A stretch of 64,000 bases of DNA from Octopus sinensis (taxonomy: Eukaryota): NCBI RefSeq assembly GCF_006345805.1, contig NC_043004.1, forward strand, positions 67,518,001-67,582,000, given 5' to 3'. This document shows, piece by piece, positions 10,712 through 25,504 of this stretch. Below the pieces are notes generated by a model, which saw only the letters and a program-made list of their open reading frames with translations, was not told where the DNA came from and ran no database searches. Positions within the stretch are counted from its first letter, which is position 1; every line of letters begins with the position of its first letter. The position numbers and the translations under genes are program-made.

Positions 10712-12316
10712 GTGCTACATTTTGTCACATACACACAAAAAAAATATTATAGATTTGTGAAAAAAAAAAGGATGAACAAGGAAGACATGCTGTCGTCTTC
10801 AAAAATGGTTGAAGTGGAAACACTGTCAGCTTCATCTGATGAAGGTTCGCCTTCATTCGAAGCTGTTGAAGGTTCGCCTCCTAAAGTAAAAAATGTTAAA
10901 AATTTTACAAAAAAAGAAAATGAACAAGCTAAACAAGCAAGCCAAGTAGATTCGTCGAAAACCAAAGCATACAACTTCGCAGCTGCGGCTGGGCCGAAAA
11001 CTGAAGAAATAAAAATAGACGATAATGAGTATATGAAATATAAATATGTTTACAAGGGAGGGAAATAATGTAAAGGCCACCCTCCCAGAAGAAATCAGAA
11101 AGAAAACCCAAGAGTGGATCATAGTATATAAGTCCTTTTTAATAAAGGAAAAAAAATTGAAAAGGTAACTAAAGAGCAGGCAGAGAAGTGCCTACAGCTC
11201 ATATGGGATGATATCGATTATGTGACAAGAGGAAAAAATACGCTACGATAGTGGTATACTTCAAGAATGAACACATGGCGAAAACCCACTCGTTAAGCCT
11301 TATTAAAACGAACAAAATAATACTGTTACCTTCCTATTTGGGGCGGAGGACCGCCAAATTAAGAATAGAAGAAATACCGCCGGAAATCGAGGTGAAATGG
11401 TTACTTCCAGCCTTACTGATGGGGCTGGAAGAAAAAATAAGTATTATTGACGTAACAAGAATTCGAAAAGAAAACTGGCGAGGACAAAGTGTGCAAGTAA
11501 CTATTCAAGCGGTCCCAGAAACACTAGAAGAGGTCGCCTAAAATATAAACTTTAGCGAAGAAATAAAATTGCGGGTGGTGTTAGAGGGACGAAAACCTCA
11601 ATGCTATGGGTGTGGAGAGAAGGGCCACATCCGAATAGACTGCCCCACCCGCAAAAAAGTAGAGGAGGATAAAAGGAAGACGGAAGCGGAGGAGAAGAGG
11701 TGAAAGGAGACGGAGGAGGGAAAAAAGCAGCAAAAGAACCCAGAAGAAGAAAATGCCTTTACCCTGGTTAGACAGAGGAATACTCCAAAAAGGAAGAACG
11801 AAGACTTGAACCCACCCACCCCAAGCACAAACAAAAAAATAATAATAACAACAGAGCAAACACACAGGGGAAAAAACTACCCCACCCAACCACGGTTCTC
11901 CACAAAAAGAAAAAAGTGAAGACACCCTATCCCATCCCGAACAACCACCCCCACCCCAACCCCTCAGTGCCGAACAATTCCCTCCCCTCCCAGACTCTAC
12001 CCCACCGTCCACCCCATCACCCCCACAAAGCCCAGGAAATGAAAATATGACCTTGAAGATGGTGTATATCACTATTAATAAGGAAAACGATAGTTTGGTA
12101 ACATACATAAATGACATACCAACAGCAACGAAAACACAGACATACCGGGTATTACCCCAAAATGTAGACGTGTATAAAATCGACATGACGAATATGAATA
12201 ATATTCGATTACAATACCAAAGGGACTTTGTTGGTCCTCGTCACGACCTTCATGAGTCGTTATTCGAGGCGAATTTTGCCCCACGACCAACGGGAAAAAT
12301 CAAGAAAACCGATTAA
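10712..12316 (+). pseudogene. L1/Tx1-type LINE ORF1 (disrupted) with CCHC zinc knuckle
   Basis: Pieces 10712-11068, 11251-11541 and 12047-12316; reading through the stop at 11539-11541 gives CYGCGEKGHIRIDC at 11602-11643. Confidence 0.75.
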
Positions 12317-12322
12317 AGGTAG

Positions 12323-15266
12323 GTGATGTCTCATATTCATGTAGGGTGCATAAATGTGCGTGGCCTGATGTCGAACTGGAAGCAAGGGCGCTTTCTAAAT
12401 GACATCAAATCACGGGATTTAGATGTTGTTGTTGCCAAAGAAACCTGGTTAAAGGGGCCAAGAGATCCGCTCCCGCTGTTCGGCGCTTACGAGAGAATTA
12501 TCTCGCCGAGCCGTCCGTCCGGCGGAAGTGGGGTGTTGGCCCTATGTAAACAGAACCGGGTTTCTGAGAAAAAGTTGATTTTTCCAGATCCAAAAGGTAG
12601 ACTGGTCGTCGTTGATTTGAAGTTCAGTAGTTGTAAGACAATCAGTCTGGTTGCGGTTTACGCACCCCACAATCAAGGGGAACAAAGTGATTATTTTCGG
12701 AACCTTGAAATGTTTCTTAGTACATCGCATCCTTTAGCTGGAGACTTCATCTAGGAGACTTCAACACAGTTTACGATGCGCGGGTAGACTGTGGGGGCTC
12801 GCGAACTGATAGGAGAGGAAATGCTTGCTTCCAGGATCTACTAAGACGTTTTGAGCTGGTAGACCCATATAGACTGGAACATCCGAACGCTCCATTGTGG
12901 ACATGGTCAAACAGCGACGGATCTTCCAGGTCGTACATAGATAGGATATTATTTAGAAAAGTAGATAGAAAACTAGTTGGAGTCTACAGCTTCACATTGT
13001 CAGCTACAGTGATCACAAGATTGTCACCTGTAGTCTAGACTTAGATATGTTACATAGAGGTCCTGGTTACTGGAAACTTAATACGTCCCTTTTGGCGATT
13101 AAGGAGTACAGTGACAGGATAAGGTTACTGATTCAGAGGGCATTGACCTGAAGCATTATTAACAACAAATAGTGGTATGCCCTCAAGCGAGCCATCAGAT
13201 ATGAGTCTATTAGATATAGTATAGATCTAGTAGCTAGAGAGGCTAGAAGGGAATCAGCATTAGTTAAGGACTTAGAGGAAGCAATGCGAACTGGCACTGC
13301 AGCTCAGGTGAAGGCCAAGAGACTGGTTTTGAACCAGCACCTCGAAGCCAAACACATGGGTTGCATTGTCAGGGCTAGACAACGTGCAATGGGGAGCGAA
13401 GGAATTAATGCCGCGAGATGGGCCCGAGTGGTGGAAGCCTAACTTGGCAACGATGCAACAATTCGATCTTTGACGAACCAACAAGGTAAGTTGATAGACG
13501 AGCCCGAGGAAATGTGTGAAGCTTTTCAGGACCACTTCGCCCAGCTCTTTTGGGGGAGCGGCGGACCGGATAGGAGGAGGGGCTTAACGGGCATCTTAGA
13601 CGGGCTGCCGCGCCTCTCGGAGCAGGATGCGAAGTGTAGTGAGTAGCCGATCACGCCTGGGGAAGTAATAGAGGCCATGGCTGACTGCGGCGCGCGTAAG
13701 CTGCCAGGACTGGATGGTCTTCCCTACGAGCTTTATAAAAGTATGCCGGACTTGTTCGGGGACTTGCTGGCGAACGTCTACGCGAACTGGCAGCAGAATG
13801 GGTTCATTCCCAGATCTGTCCGTCGGGGAGTGGTGACACTAGTCAGAAAGGGCCCGGACAAGGGGGATGTCATTGATAATCTTAGGCACATCACTCTGCT
13901 TAACGCAGAGCTGAAGATATTGGCCAAAGTGTTATCGAAAAGATTGGCGCGTATCGCGGATGGACTAATAGGGAAGGCACAAATAGGTGCCGTACCCGGC
14001 AGGTCCATTCAGGATAATCTCCATCTAATTAGATACACTATAGAGGGAATTAATAGCGATCCCGGCAAGGGAGGGGCAGTGGTCCATTTAGACCAATCAA
14101 AAGCTTTTGATAGGGTCGACCATCATTACCTGGTGTCTGTTCTGGCTCTGTTCGGACTGGGTCTTGGCTTCCTCAGGTGGATCATTGAAATGTATGACAA
14201 CGTCGACTCGGTAGTTCTGGTGAACGGCTTTCTTTCTAAGCCGTTCAGAGTCAAATGTTCGGTTCATCAAGGGTGCCCACTCTCCCCGCTTTTGTATGTA
14301 GTGGCTCTTGAGCCACTGCTGCGAAAACTGAGTGGCATCCCGAGGCAGCCAGGTCGTGGAATGTCGGTTTCGGCGTACGCGGATGACATCACTATCATCG
14401 TGACCGAAGTGGACCTCCTACGTAAAGTAGGCAAGGCCATAGAGGTTTACGAGACGGTGACAGGAGCAAAAGTTAATCGCGATCGGCACCTGGAGAGGCA
14501 AGTCGATGCCTCCAGACAGCGCGTGGGACGTTGGACGGAGGGTTCGATTAAGTTGCTCGGGGTTTGTTTCGGACCAGACCTCCAAATAGAGAAGAACTGG
14601 AGCGAGGTAACGAGCAGGGTGATCCAAATAGCCGAGACCTGGTCTTGGCGGTGGTTATCCCTGAAATATAGGGCGGAGGTAGCCAATGTGTTTATCGCAT
14701 CGGTGATCACCTACCGCCTTGCCGTCGTGCCTTGCCCGGATTCGTGGTTGACCAAGCTGGAAAGACAGCTCTTTCGCTTTTTCTGGAAGATTTCGAAACC
14801 ATTTGTGAGACGCTCTGTTTCTTGTCAACGACCGTTAAATGGTGGACTAGGGATGCCGTGGCTAACGATGCGTAGAAATGCGCTGAGGTTAAGGCATATG
14901 TGGCTCCACCTGGGTGGTGAACGGGTGTGGTCTCTGTTAGCGAAACAGATGTTTCCCAGTTTCACCAGTTTCGGTGGACGGGAAGACTGGTATAATCGTA
15001 GATCGATGTTGGGCACGTGGTATACGGAGTGCCGCAAGGCACTCCGACTCTTCCGTCGCTCGGGTAATGCCTGCGGAAGTGGTTCCACCGCTGTGTTCTA
15101 TAGAGGGTTTCTAGAGGCCAGTTGCGATGATACATTAGGGGAGACCCTAGGTTTCGACGATAATCAGCTGGCCAGACTGTTCCAACGTACATTCGGGCCG
15201 AGGACCCTGCATAGTTTCCAGAAGTCCTTGGTATGGCAGTGTTACCCCCACAACAATCATTCGTGA
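12323..15266 (+). pseudogene. L1/Tx1-type LINE ORF2: AP endonuclease and reverse transcriptase, frameshifted
   Basis: APE motifs INVRGL, KETWL, VAVYAP, GDFN, YIDRIL, SDHK; RT motifs PGLDGLP, ITLLNAELKILAKVL, DQSKAFDRVDH, QGCPLSPLLY, YADDI. Confidence 0.92.
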
Positions 15267-15357
15267 TTGTTCCGTTTTTTCTATGTATAACCTTTTTGGT
15301 GAATAAAGAAAATGGTATGTGATTGTGTATTTGCTCATGTTTTATATGTGTTGTAGT

Positions 15358-15742
15358 GGAGGTGCAATGGCCCAGTGGTTAGGGCAGCGGACTCGCGGTC
15401 GTAGGATTGCGGTTTCGATTCCCAGACCGGGCATTGTGAGTGTTTATTGAGCGAAAACACCTAAAAGCTCCACGAGGCTCCGGCATGGATGGTGGTGATC
15501 CCTGCTGTAGTCTTTCAACACAACTTTCTCTCACTCTTACTTCCTGTTTCTGTTGTACCTGTATTTCAAAGGGCCGGTCTTGTCACTCTCTGTGTCACGC
15601 TGAATATCCCCGAGAACAACGTTAAGGGTACACGTGTCTGTGGAGTGCTCAGCCACTTACACGTTAATTTCACGAGCTGGCTGTTCCGTTGATCGGATCA
15701 ACCGGAACCCTCGTCGTCGTAACCGACGGAATGCTTCCATCC
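15358..15742 (+). mobile_element. tRNA-derived SINE, family B, long-tail variant
   Basis: GGAGGTGCAATGGCCCAGTGGTTAGGGCAGCGG...TTCGATTCCCAGACC; the 3' half differs from the 3564 copy. Confidence 0.85.
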
Positions 15743-15759
15743 GTATGTGTTGTATAGGA

Positions 15760-15843
15760 CATCCTGATGAGGGGAGTGCCAATTTTAAGTACTATTGTAA
15801 GTACTGATATGTCTAATATTAATTGGCACATCCCCGTAGATGG
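15760..15843 (+). ncRNA. Inactivated hammerhead-like motif (GAAAC/stem III deleted)
   Basis: CATC-CTGATGA-GGGGAGTGCCAATT...AATTGGCACATCCCC-GTA-GATG. Confidence 0.5.
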
Positions 15844-16464
15844 ACTTCTGTATATCTTATATTTTTGTAAGCTTGTATATGTATTATATTCTATGCACTA
15901 TTCGCCGGAATTTTATTCGTCTTTTGATATGCCATATTTTTATTTTATTATCATTATATTTATTTCTCTTATTCTAACAGTTTTAATCGTGTTATATGCA
16001 AAATTTATATTTATATTTTTATTTGTATATGATACTTATATATTACTGAATTTTCAAATTCTTTAAAATGTCGGACTGTTTAGATATAAATTAGTATATA
16101 GGATTTGCAGGTGTTTGTGATGCTCCTGTGGTTGTTGCTTGCATTGCCTCCCCTTGAAAAAAAGTGTATACAGCTCATTGGAACACTTCTATTTCCAGTC
16201 CTTTGTATTTTTTGGGGTGTCGTCACTCAAGATATAATTTTATATTTTGTGTACATACTATATATATATATTATATATATATAATAATTTAATATATGTG
16301 TTGTGTATATATATATATATATGAATATATATATATATTATATATACACATATATTATTTGAGTGACGACAACCCCCAAAAATAGACTGTAGATAGTGTT
16401 CCAATGAGCTCTATACACTTTTTTTAAGATAGTACGCTGTTGTAGCCCTTGTACTCTGACACGC

Positions 16465-16835
<371 letters not shown>

Positions 16836-16929
16836 ATATGCGTGTCAGAGTTTCTGTTTTTGTGTCTCCCACAAGGGCTTTACAACCAGCGTTACTATCT
16901 TTAAATCCTCGTAAATTAATGCTTCTGCA

Positions 16930-17055
16930 AAAGAAACTGATAGAATATGAACCAGACTTTAAAAATAAGGACCGGGATAAATTTGTTAGCCTTAACTCTT
17001 CAAAGCATTGCCTCAGCATTGCCGCAGTCCAATGACTGAAACAAGTAAAAGATAA
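16930..17055 (+). mobile_element. Degenerate SINE family A, 3' fragment
   Basis: ...CAGCATTGCCGCAGTCCAATGACTGAAACAAGTAAAAGATAA. Confidence 0.65.
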
Positions 17056-17690
17056 TGGATAACAGATTATACTATGTAATCTATCACTTTACTTAACGCA
17101 AGTGAAGTCTAATGACGAAAGTAGGTTACATAAGATTTTACATAGCAGTTACTTGAAAAGTTTTATTTAATTAAATGATTGTGTTGCTGGAATGTGTTGC
17201 AATCCTTTAACAAATCGAATTAATTTTAATTCACACAGAATACTCTTATTTATGGCGTGAAAATTTCTAAAGTGATTAATACATATATATATATATACAA
17301 ATACATGCACGTGTTGGTATAGGCTTACACGTAATGCATTCAAGATAGCATGTATACACAAGACCGTACGAATATTTATTGTATATATACTACGTATGAA
17401 TGTATGTATATGTATGCATGTACGTATGCATGTATATTCTCCAAATCGCATAGACATTCTCACACACGCACAAGCCTACTGTCATGCCCACAAGCACATG
17501 CACCCACACACTCACATTGATAATTTCCTACATAGCCAGCCTGTGCGATGTAACGATACACCAGACTTGTACTTTCTATTTCTCTCTCTGTCTCCACACA
17601 CGCACACGTACACAAACACTCCCACACACACAAACACACACACACAAACACACACACACATATACATATATACATACAAATATTACATAT

Positions 17691-17893
17691 TCTTTTACTT
17701 GTTTCAGTTACTTGAATGGTGCTATGGTGGAGCAATGCCTTTAGTCGAACAAATCGACTCGAGGACTTATTTTTTTGTAAGCCTAGTACTTATTCTATCG
17801 GTCCCTTTTGCCGAACCACTAAGTTACGGGGACGTAAACACAACAGCATCGGTTGTCAAGCGATGTTGTGGAGGACAAGCACAGACATACAAC

Positions 17894-17927
<34 letters not shown>

Positions 17928-17949
17928 ACCACACACACCATAATATAAT

Positions 17950-17990
<41 letters not shown>

Positions 17991-18158
17991 TACATAAATA
18001 CGACGGGATTCTTTGTTTCTGTCTACTAAATCCACTCACAAGGCTTTGGTCGACCCGGGACTATAAGCAGAAGACACTTGGCCAAGTTGCCACGCAGTGG
18101 AACTGAACGCGTAAACATGTGGTTGGTAAGCAGGCTACTTACCACAGTGCCACTCCTG
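17691..18158 (-). mobile_element. SINE family A with expanded internal CA/TA repeat
   Basis: Reverse complement of the family A head at 18158 and the tail at 17691. Confidence 0.88.
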
Positions 18159-19039
18159 TTAACATATGCATATATATACTAAGAATATGGAGTAATACAG
18201 TGATTATGACTACTCGAGAAATATGTGCCTATTTCATAGAGAGCAAGTTATTCTTATTCTGAAGCCTGTAAGCATTTCTACCAAAGTACATTACTTTGAA
18301 TCTACAAGCTCACCAGTTCACCAAGTCATCGACTCAGAAACAGACCGACGGACTGAGAGACCTTCGAAACTAACAAATATATAAACATACATACATATAA
18401 ACAACCTATAGAAATATAAATACTTAAATCTAATTAAATCATTGGAAAGAATCTTTCGTAATTAGATTGCGTGTCTGTTGTATCGGCAAATGCTATTTCG
18501 GAATGATATTAAGAACGAGTCCACTGAGCATTAATCTTGTCCGATTCCTAATCCATATGTTTATACCGATGTGGCTTTAAGGTACTCGCTCTAACCCTGC
18601 ATTGTTTTAAAAACCTTGACAGCTGAAGCTTAAAACCTGGCACCAACTTAATCCCCCGTCTGCACTGACTATATTTATACAGGCATTCAAGCTTGGTGCT
18701 TGAGAAGAACGGCAAGAAGTGTGCATACTTTCGGGGGGAAAAAATCAATGTATAACTTGCAACTATTTTAGTAACAACGGAAATAGATTTAGTTTGACTC
18801 CATTTATCCCATGCACTCTATTTCTCTATCTTTCTCCGTCTTTCTTTCTCTGTCTCTATGTCTGTATGTCTGTCAGTCTGTGTGTGTGTCTCTCTTACCA
18901 TACATACATACACATTCTTTCTTATTTATGTTAACGGTTTCATTGTCATTAACGTTCTGGTTGCTGTTCTCGTTCATCGTGTACTGTTCAGTATTTTTAT
19001 TATTCTTTCTATTCCAGTTTGACTTATTCTAGCCTCATT

Positions 19040-20445
<1,406 letters not shown>

Positions 20446-20767
20446 TTTTGTTGTTCTTGTTCTTTGGCTTTATGAACGTGTTTCCTATTTTACGTTTTAT
20501 TCTTCTTGTGTAAATAAATGAAAAACAACGTGATTGATTGTTCTAACACGATCTTAAATAGACAAACTTATTTACTATTCAGTTGTGTCTACATATATCT
20601 AAATATAACTGCACATCCACGTATATACACATGTGGGGTTTATAAACGCATACAAGCACGAGCACATACGTGGAAGTAAGTACATGTGAAGTGCGCACGC
20701 TTCATTTTTTTGTCTGATTTCGTGTGGCGTGTGAGTTCCGGTGACATTCTGACATACACAGACACGC

Positions 20768-20829
<62 letters not shown>

Positions 20830-20876
20830 AACGTGTTTGTGTGTTTATAAATGTGTATATATACATACACCTCCCC

Positions 20877-20926
<50 letters not shown>

Positions 20927-21023
20927 ATGTATGTATATGCTGAAAGCATATTACATATATATATGAGTTTGTATGTAAATATGTTTGTGAATATGCATGA
21001 GCATATTTATTTTTGGTCATATG

Positions 21024-21077
<54 letters not shown>

Positions 21078-21229
21078 CACACACACATGCACACGCGCGC
21101 GAGTGCACGCACTAGTTCGTGCTTCTTATTTGTATATGTTATACTTGAATATGAAAAAGAAAGAAAAAGAAGTGCATAGGTAATACAATAATAAAGATAA
21201 TAAGAAAAATAAGAAGAAAAAGGAAAAAG

Positions 21230-21301
21230 CGGAGCACAACAACAATAATAGTAATAACAATAACAACAACAACAACAACAATAATAATAATAATAATAAT
21301 A

Positions 21302-21335
<34 letters not shown>

Positions 21336-21400
21336 TGTTATTATTATTATTATTATTTTACATTGCAACATTATTATTATTGACAACAACAACAAAGACA
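21230..21400. repeat. (AAC)n/(AAT)n microsatellite
   Basis: Direct inspection. Confidence 0.9.
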
Positions 21401-22103
21401 ATGCATGCTGAATTTAAGATGTCTATATATGCTAGACTAGCATTAATCACTGACGCTTTGTGGTAAATATTCACTATTGATTTTTGTGTCTCTTTGGTCA
21501 ATCACAGCATCAAAAAAATAAAAAAATAAAAGAATTACTAAATAAACGAATAAATTTGCGAAAAACATGTATGCAATTTATTCTGAAATAACATTATTTT
21601 GTTCCATTCTCACCGTTGAACTTACGTTTAACTATTAAAATAAAACGAAGGAAAAAAATAAACATTTTCAATGCTTAATATAGATGACTGCCTTGCCTTC
21701 ACATGTAACAAACAAATTTAGAAACTATCGTAGTTTGACAATTTGTTTCTTCAGTTATGATTAAAAAGAACTTCAAGTATTTTCACGACAGTTTTTGTTA
21801 TTTATTTCAGTAATGTAGATGTCACGCGTGTCTCTCAGAATTGTATGACATTCGCAACGTAACATTTAAACTGCATATATTATAAATAGATACTTATTAC
21901 CATAAACAAAAGTTACATTATGACGCAGAGGTAATGATATTGATGTGTAGATTGTAATTTTTTGAACTGACACCGAGAATGGATTAATTCTTATTTTATT
22001 AAGTAAAATTTATTTTAACGGAAAGCTACAGCTGGATTTCTTTTAGTCAAATTCAAAGATATCTTCTCTAAAGTCTACATTATACCCGCTCACCAGAAAT
22101 GTA

Positions 22104-22158
<55 letters not shown>

Positions 22159-22340
22159 GCTCCCCTCTCTCTTTCATTCGCTTGCGGTGACATTCGTGAC
22201 ACAAGGTAGATATATGATACCGATTTCGCGATTGTAAGAGCTTACATACGTTATCCAAACATATAAATTATTATACAACATACTCTCATCGATCAACGCG
22301 AGATCAAAATATTATATTTCACGCAGTTTGTTCTCGGTAA

Positions 22341-23353
22341 TCTTTATATATATAAAACCGAGAATGTGTGTGTGTCTGTCTGTCTGTGTGTTTCCCTAAA
22401 TCTTGAGAACTACAAAACCAATTTCATTCAAATTTTATACATGCCTTACTTAGGGTCCGGGGAGTGTCATCGGCAAAAAAATGTTCAACTTTTTGCCTAG
22501 AGCGAGCCCATAGTAATATCATATATTCTCCACTATTTCAGTATTACGTGTTAAAAGTGAAACAAAAATATTTCTCTATTTTATGTCAGATGCTTTCATT
22601 TAAACAATAAAAATAATAATAATTGAATTATATGTAGAAAGTAATAATTAAAATCAAACTAAAGTAACATAACAAACGTAAAAATAGCAATTGGTATAAA
22701 ATTGCATCAATGATTGGAACTTGAATAAGTGGTTTCACATGAATGGGAATAAATTAAAAATAAAATTAGCGTGCAGAAATGGAATGGTCCAGATGGATAA
22801 TAAAAAATTGAATTAAAGAAAAGACTATTGTCTATAAAGTATACAATGTAGAGAAAAAAGATTTGAACACATGGAGGAAAGCACCTTCAAAAAGTGTCTT
22901 GGTGCGACTATGAAAGGTATCTAATCAGAGGCTGTAAATTCGCCACAATAGAAGCAAGGTTCGAGTCAACGGAGCGTGCAAGGAAGTACTCGACTCGAAC
23001 TTGCAAAGTGGAAATATTTTATTTTTACCTTTATATCTGGGACGTAGGATGTCTCGGATGAAAATTTAAAATGTACCCCCAGAAGTAGAGGTAGGCTGGA
23101 TTGTAGCCACACTTCTATACAAGAGGGAGGACAAGATACAATTGATCGAAATTACAAGAGACGGGCTAACAATTCCAGTCTGTTATATATTTTGAGTATC
23201 GTTATCACTAGCGATATTAAGATATAACTTTGTATTTTGTATTTTATGTGTAGATGTATGTATATAGATGTACATGTAATATGTACACATATATATACAC
23301 ATATATACATGCACTAGCACTATGACCCGACAACGACGGGTCTTTAATGCTAG
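22341..23353 (+). mobile_element. Non-autonomous Helitron (~1.0 kb)
   Basis: A|TC start (TCTTTATATATATAAAACCGAGAATGTGTG..CTGTCTGTC), 3' hairpin GACCCG-ACAACGA-CGGGTC, CTAG|T end; second copy at 35003-35517. Confidence 0.88.
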
Positions 23354-23570
23354 TATAATGCAATAAAAAGATTGTGATTGTTGGCCAAGGAAGATGTCTT
23401 ACCATCCCTAGAAAAGCAAAATCGGGAAGATCTAGGTCGGTACTTGAATACTACAAATTTTATCTGCACGTAAAAAAGATGAAAAGCAAAATCTACTGTT
23501 GGTTATCAAGAACGAATTCGGTTGTGAATTTCAGAAATGTTAGAGAGTCTGACACAGTACCCAGCTGCAA

Positions 23571-23760
23571 TAATCGTTTCTGATATAAGCACAAGACCTG
23601 AAATTTGGGGACGAGGACTAGTCGATTACATCGACCCAACGCTCAAATGCTTCTTATTTTATCACCTTCGAAAGGATGATAAACAAAGTCGACCTCGACG
23701 GAATTTGAAATCAAAACGGATCAGATGCCGTTAGGCATTTTGCCCGACGTGCTAACGATT
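23571..23760 (-). mobile_element. SINE family D (tail variant 2)
   Basis: Minus strand AATCGTTAGCACGTCGGGCAAAATGCC...CCGTCGAGGTCGACTTTG...TTTCAGGTCTTGTGC. Confidence 0.8.
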
Positions 23761-23994
23761 CTTATTTCTTTATTGCCCACAAAGGGGATAAACATAGAAG
23801 GGACAAATAAGAACAAACAAAGGGATTAATTCGAATACCTCGACCCCAGTAGGTAACTGGTACTTAATTTATCGACCCCGAAAGGATAAAAGGCAAAGTC
23901 GATTTCGGCGGAATTTGAGCTCAGAAAGTAACAGCAGAAGAAATACTTCTAAGCATTTCGCCCGGCGTGCTAACGCTTCTGTCACATCGCAGCC
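23761..23994 (-). mobile_element. SINE family D (tail variant 1)
   Basis: Minus strand GCGTTAGCACGCCGGGCGAAATGCTTAG...TTCGGGGTCGATAAATTAAGTACCAG...TGTGGGCAATAAAGAAATAAG. Confidence 0.85.
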
Positions 23995-24642
23995 TTCTTA
24001 GCTGCAATAAAGCGAACATTTAAATTTCGACGACGTGAGCTTTGATTTGAATTCTTTTAGTGTTGAGGAACAACTGGTGACCAGAATGTTGTATCCGGTA
24101 ATCGCAGTTTTTGTTGTCACTATGCCTTCTCAATTCAAGTCCTGCTTTGGTATACTGGCATGAAAGGCATATTCGACTGTTATTTAAATATCACCAAACG
24201 TAAATTTTTACAAATTTAGTTCTCGGTTGGAAGCATACAGTCCAGATATCCATTATTAGAATACGTTCTTGAAGGCATTTTGAAGTGTCACATAAACTGG
24301 TTTGCCCCTTTCAAAGAAGTTTAAAAGACAAGAACAAATATTGTCATAATTTCCAATTTTTTGGTCTTAATCTAGTGTTAATTAATTGTAGGTACACTAT
24401 CAGTAATATATTGGAGTGTAATATAGGAATATTACGAAAATTATGTATAGATTATAAGTGCATTCTCTAAACGAAATCTTTCCTAAAACGTCACTGTTTC
24501 TCTTTATACACAGACACCGGCTTCCAATCGAGCTACCTCTGAGTTTGTCAGTTCAATGCCGAGAATATATTAACAGACAGAAATAAATGGGTCTTGGAAA
24601 ACGGCTTTTAAGTAAATTTAAGAGCTATAGTTATGTATACAC

Positions 24643-24692
<50 letters not shown>

Positions 24693-24936
24693 CACACACA
24701 CACATATGTATATATATATTAAATGTACTTTTTACACAGATTTTCGAATTATATTTTTAAGGATGTACTTTTTATTGCAAAATCATTTAAAACCAGCTGC
24801 CTTGAGATCTGAAGTTCTTAAATTTACATCTTCAGGCTCCGCAGTCCACTTGAAACTTAGAATTATCTATATATATATAGTAGAAGGCAATCTGGGTTCA
24901 ATTCTACTTCGTGGAAATTTGGGAAACTGTCTTCTA

Positions 24937-24979
<43 letters not shown>

Positions 24980-25504
24980 CAAATACGGGAACGATTGTAC
25001 TATTAAAATACCATCCCTAGTGGCAAGCGGATAAGAGCCGTACAACCAAATTGATAAAATATACATATAATACATGTACTTATATATACATATACATATA
25101 AACACACAAGGGTACTACGTGAGTACTTGCATTGCTAAAATTAGAAGTTAAAAATACTTCTGCTCCACCTCAATAGTCACAAAATTAATACAGGCATGGT
25201 AGGAAAATATTCCAGTGAAGAATAAAACCGTCTTACCTTTGCTAGGTGAGCAATAGCAATTATTTATAAGCAAATATGAGAGCGATGCAGTTCAGCAACT
25301 TAGATCGATAGAATAAATACCATGTTTAAGTAATGTACTGATATTGATACTAACGTCTATAAACTAATCAAGGCGGTGACCGCAGTCTGAGGACGGAAAC
25401 AGTTAAAAGATACAAAGATAGAAGATACATATACAGACACCCACATATGCAAGCATACTTACGTGTTTGTGCCTGTGTGTGTATGCATACGTAATTATGA
25501 ATAA

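Noticed and set aside
10843-10880. CTGATGA followed by a GAAGG-TTCG-CCTTC hairpin
   Set aside because: No GAAA box or stem III follows; it lies in LINE ORF1 coding sequence (SDEGSPSF).
11581-12186. 201-aa minus-strand ORF
   Set aside because: Antisense shadow of the purine-rich LINE ORF1 region.
15358-15430. tRNA-like sequences (also 1130, 35638, 53209)
   Set aside because: They are SINE heads: they run into repeated SINE bodies and lack a complete acceptor stem.
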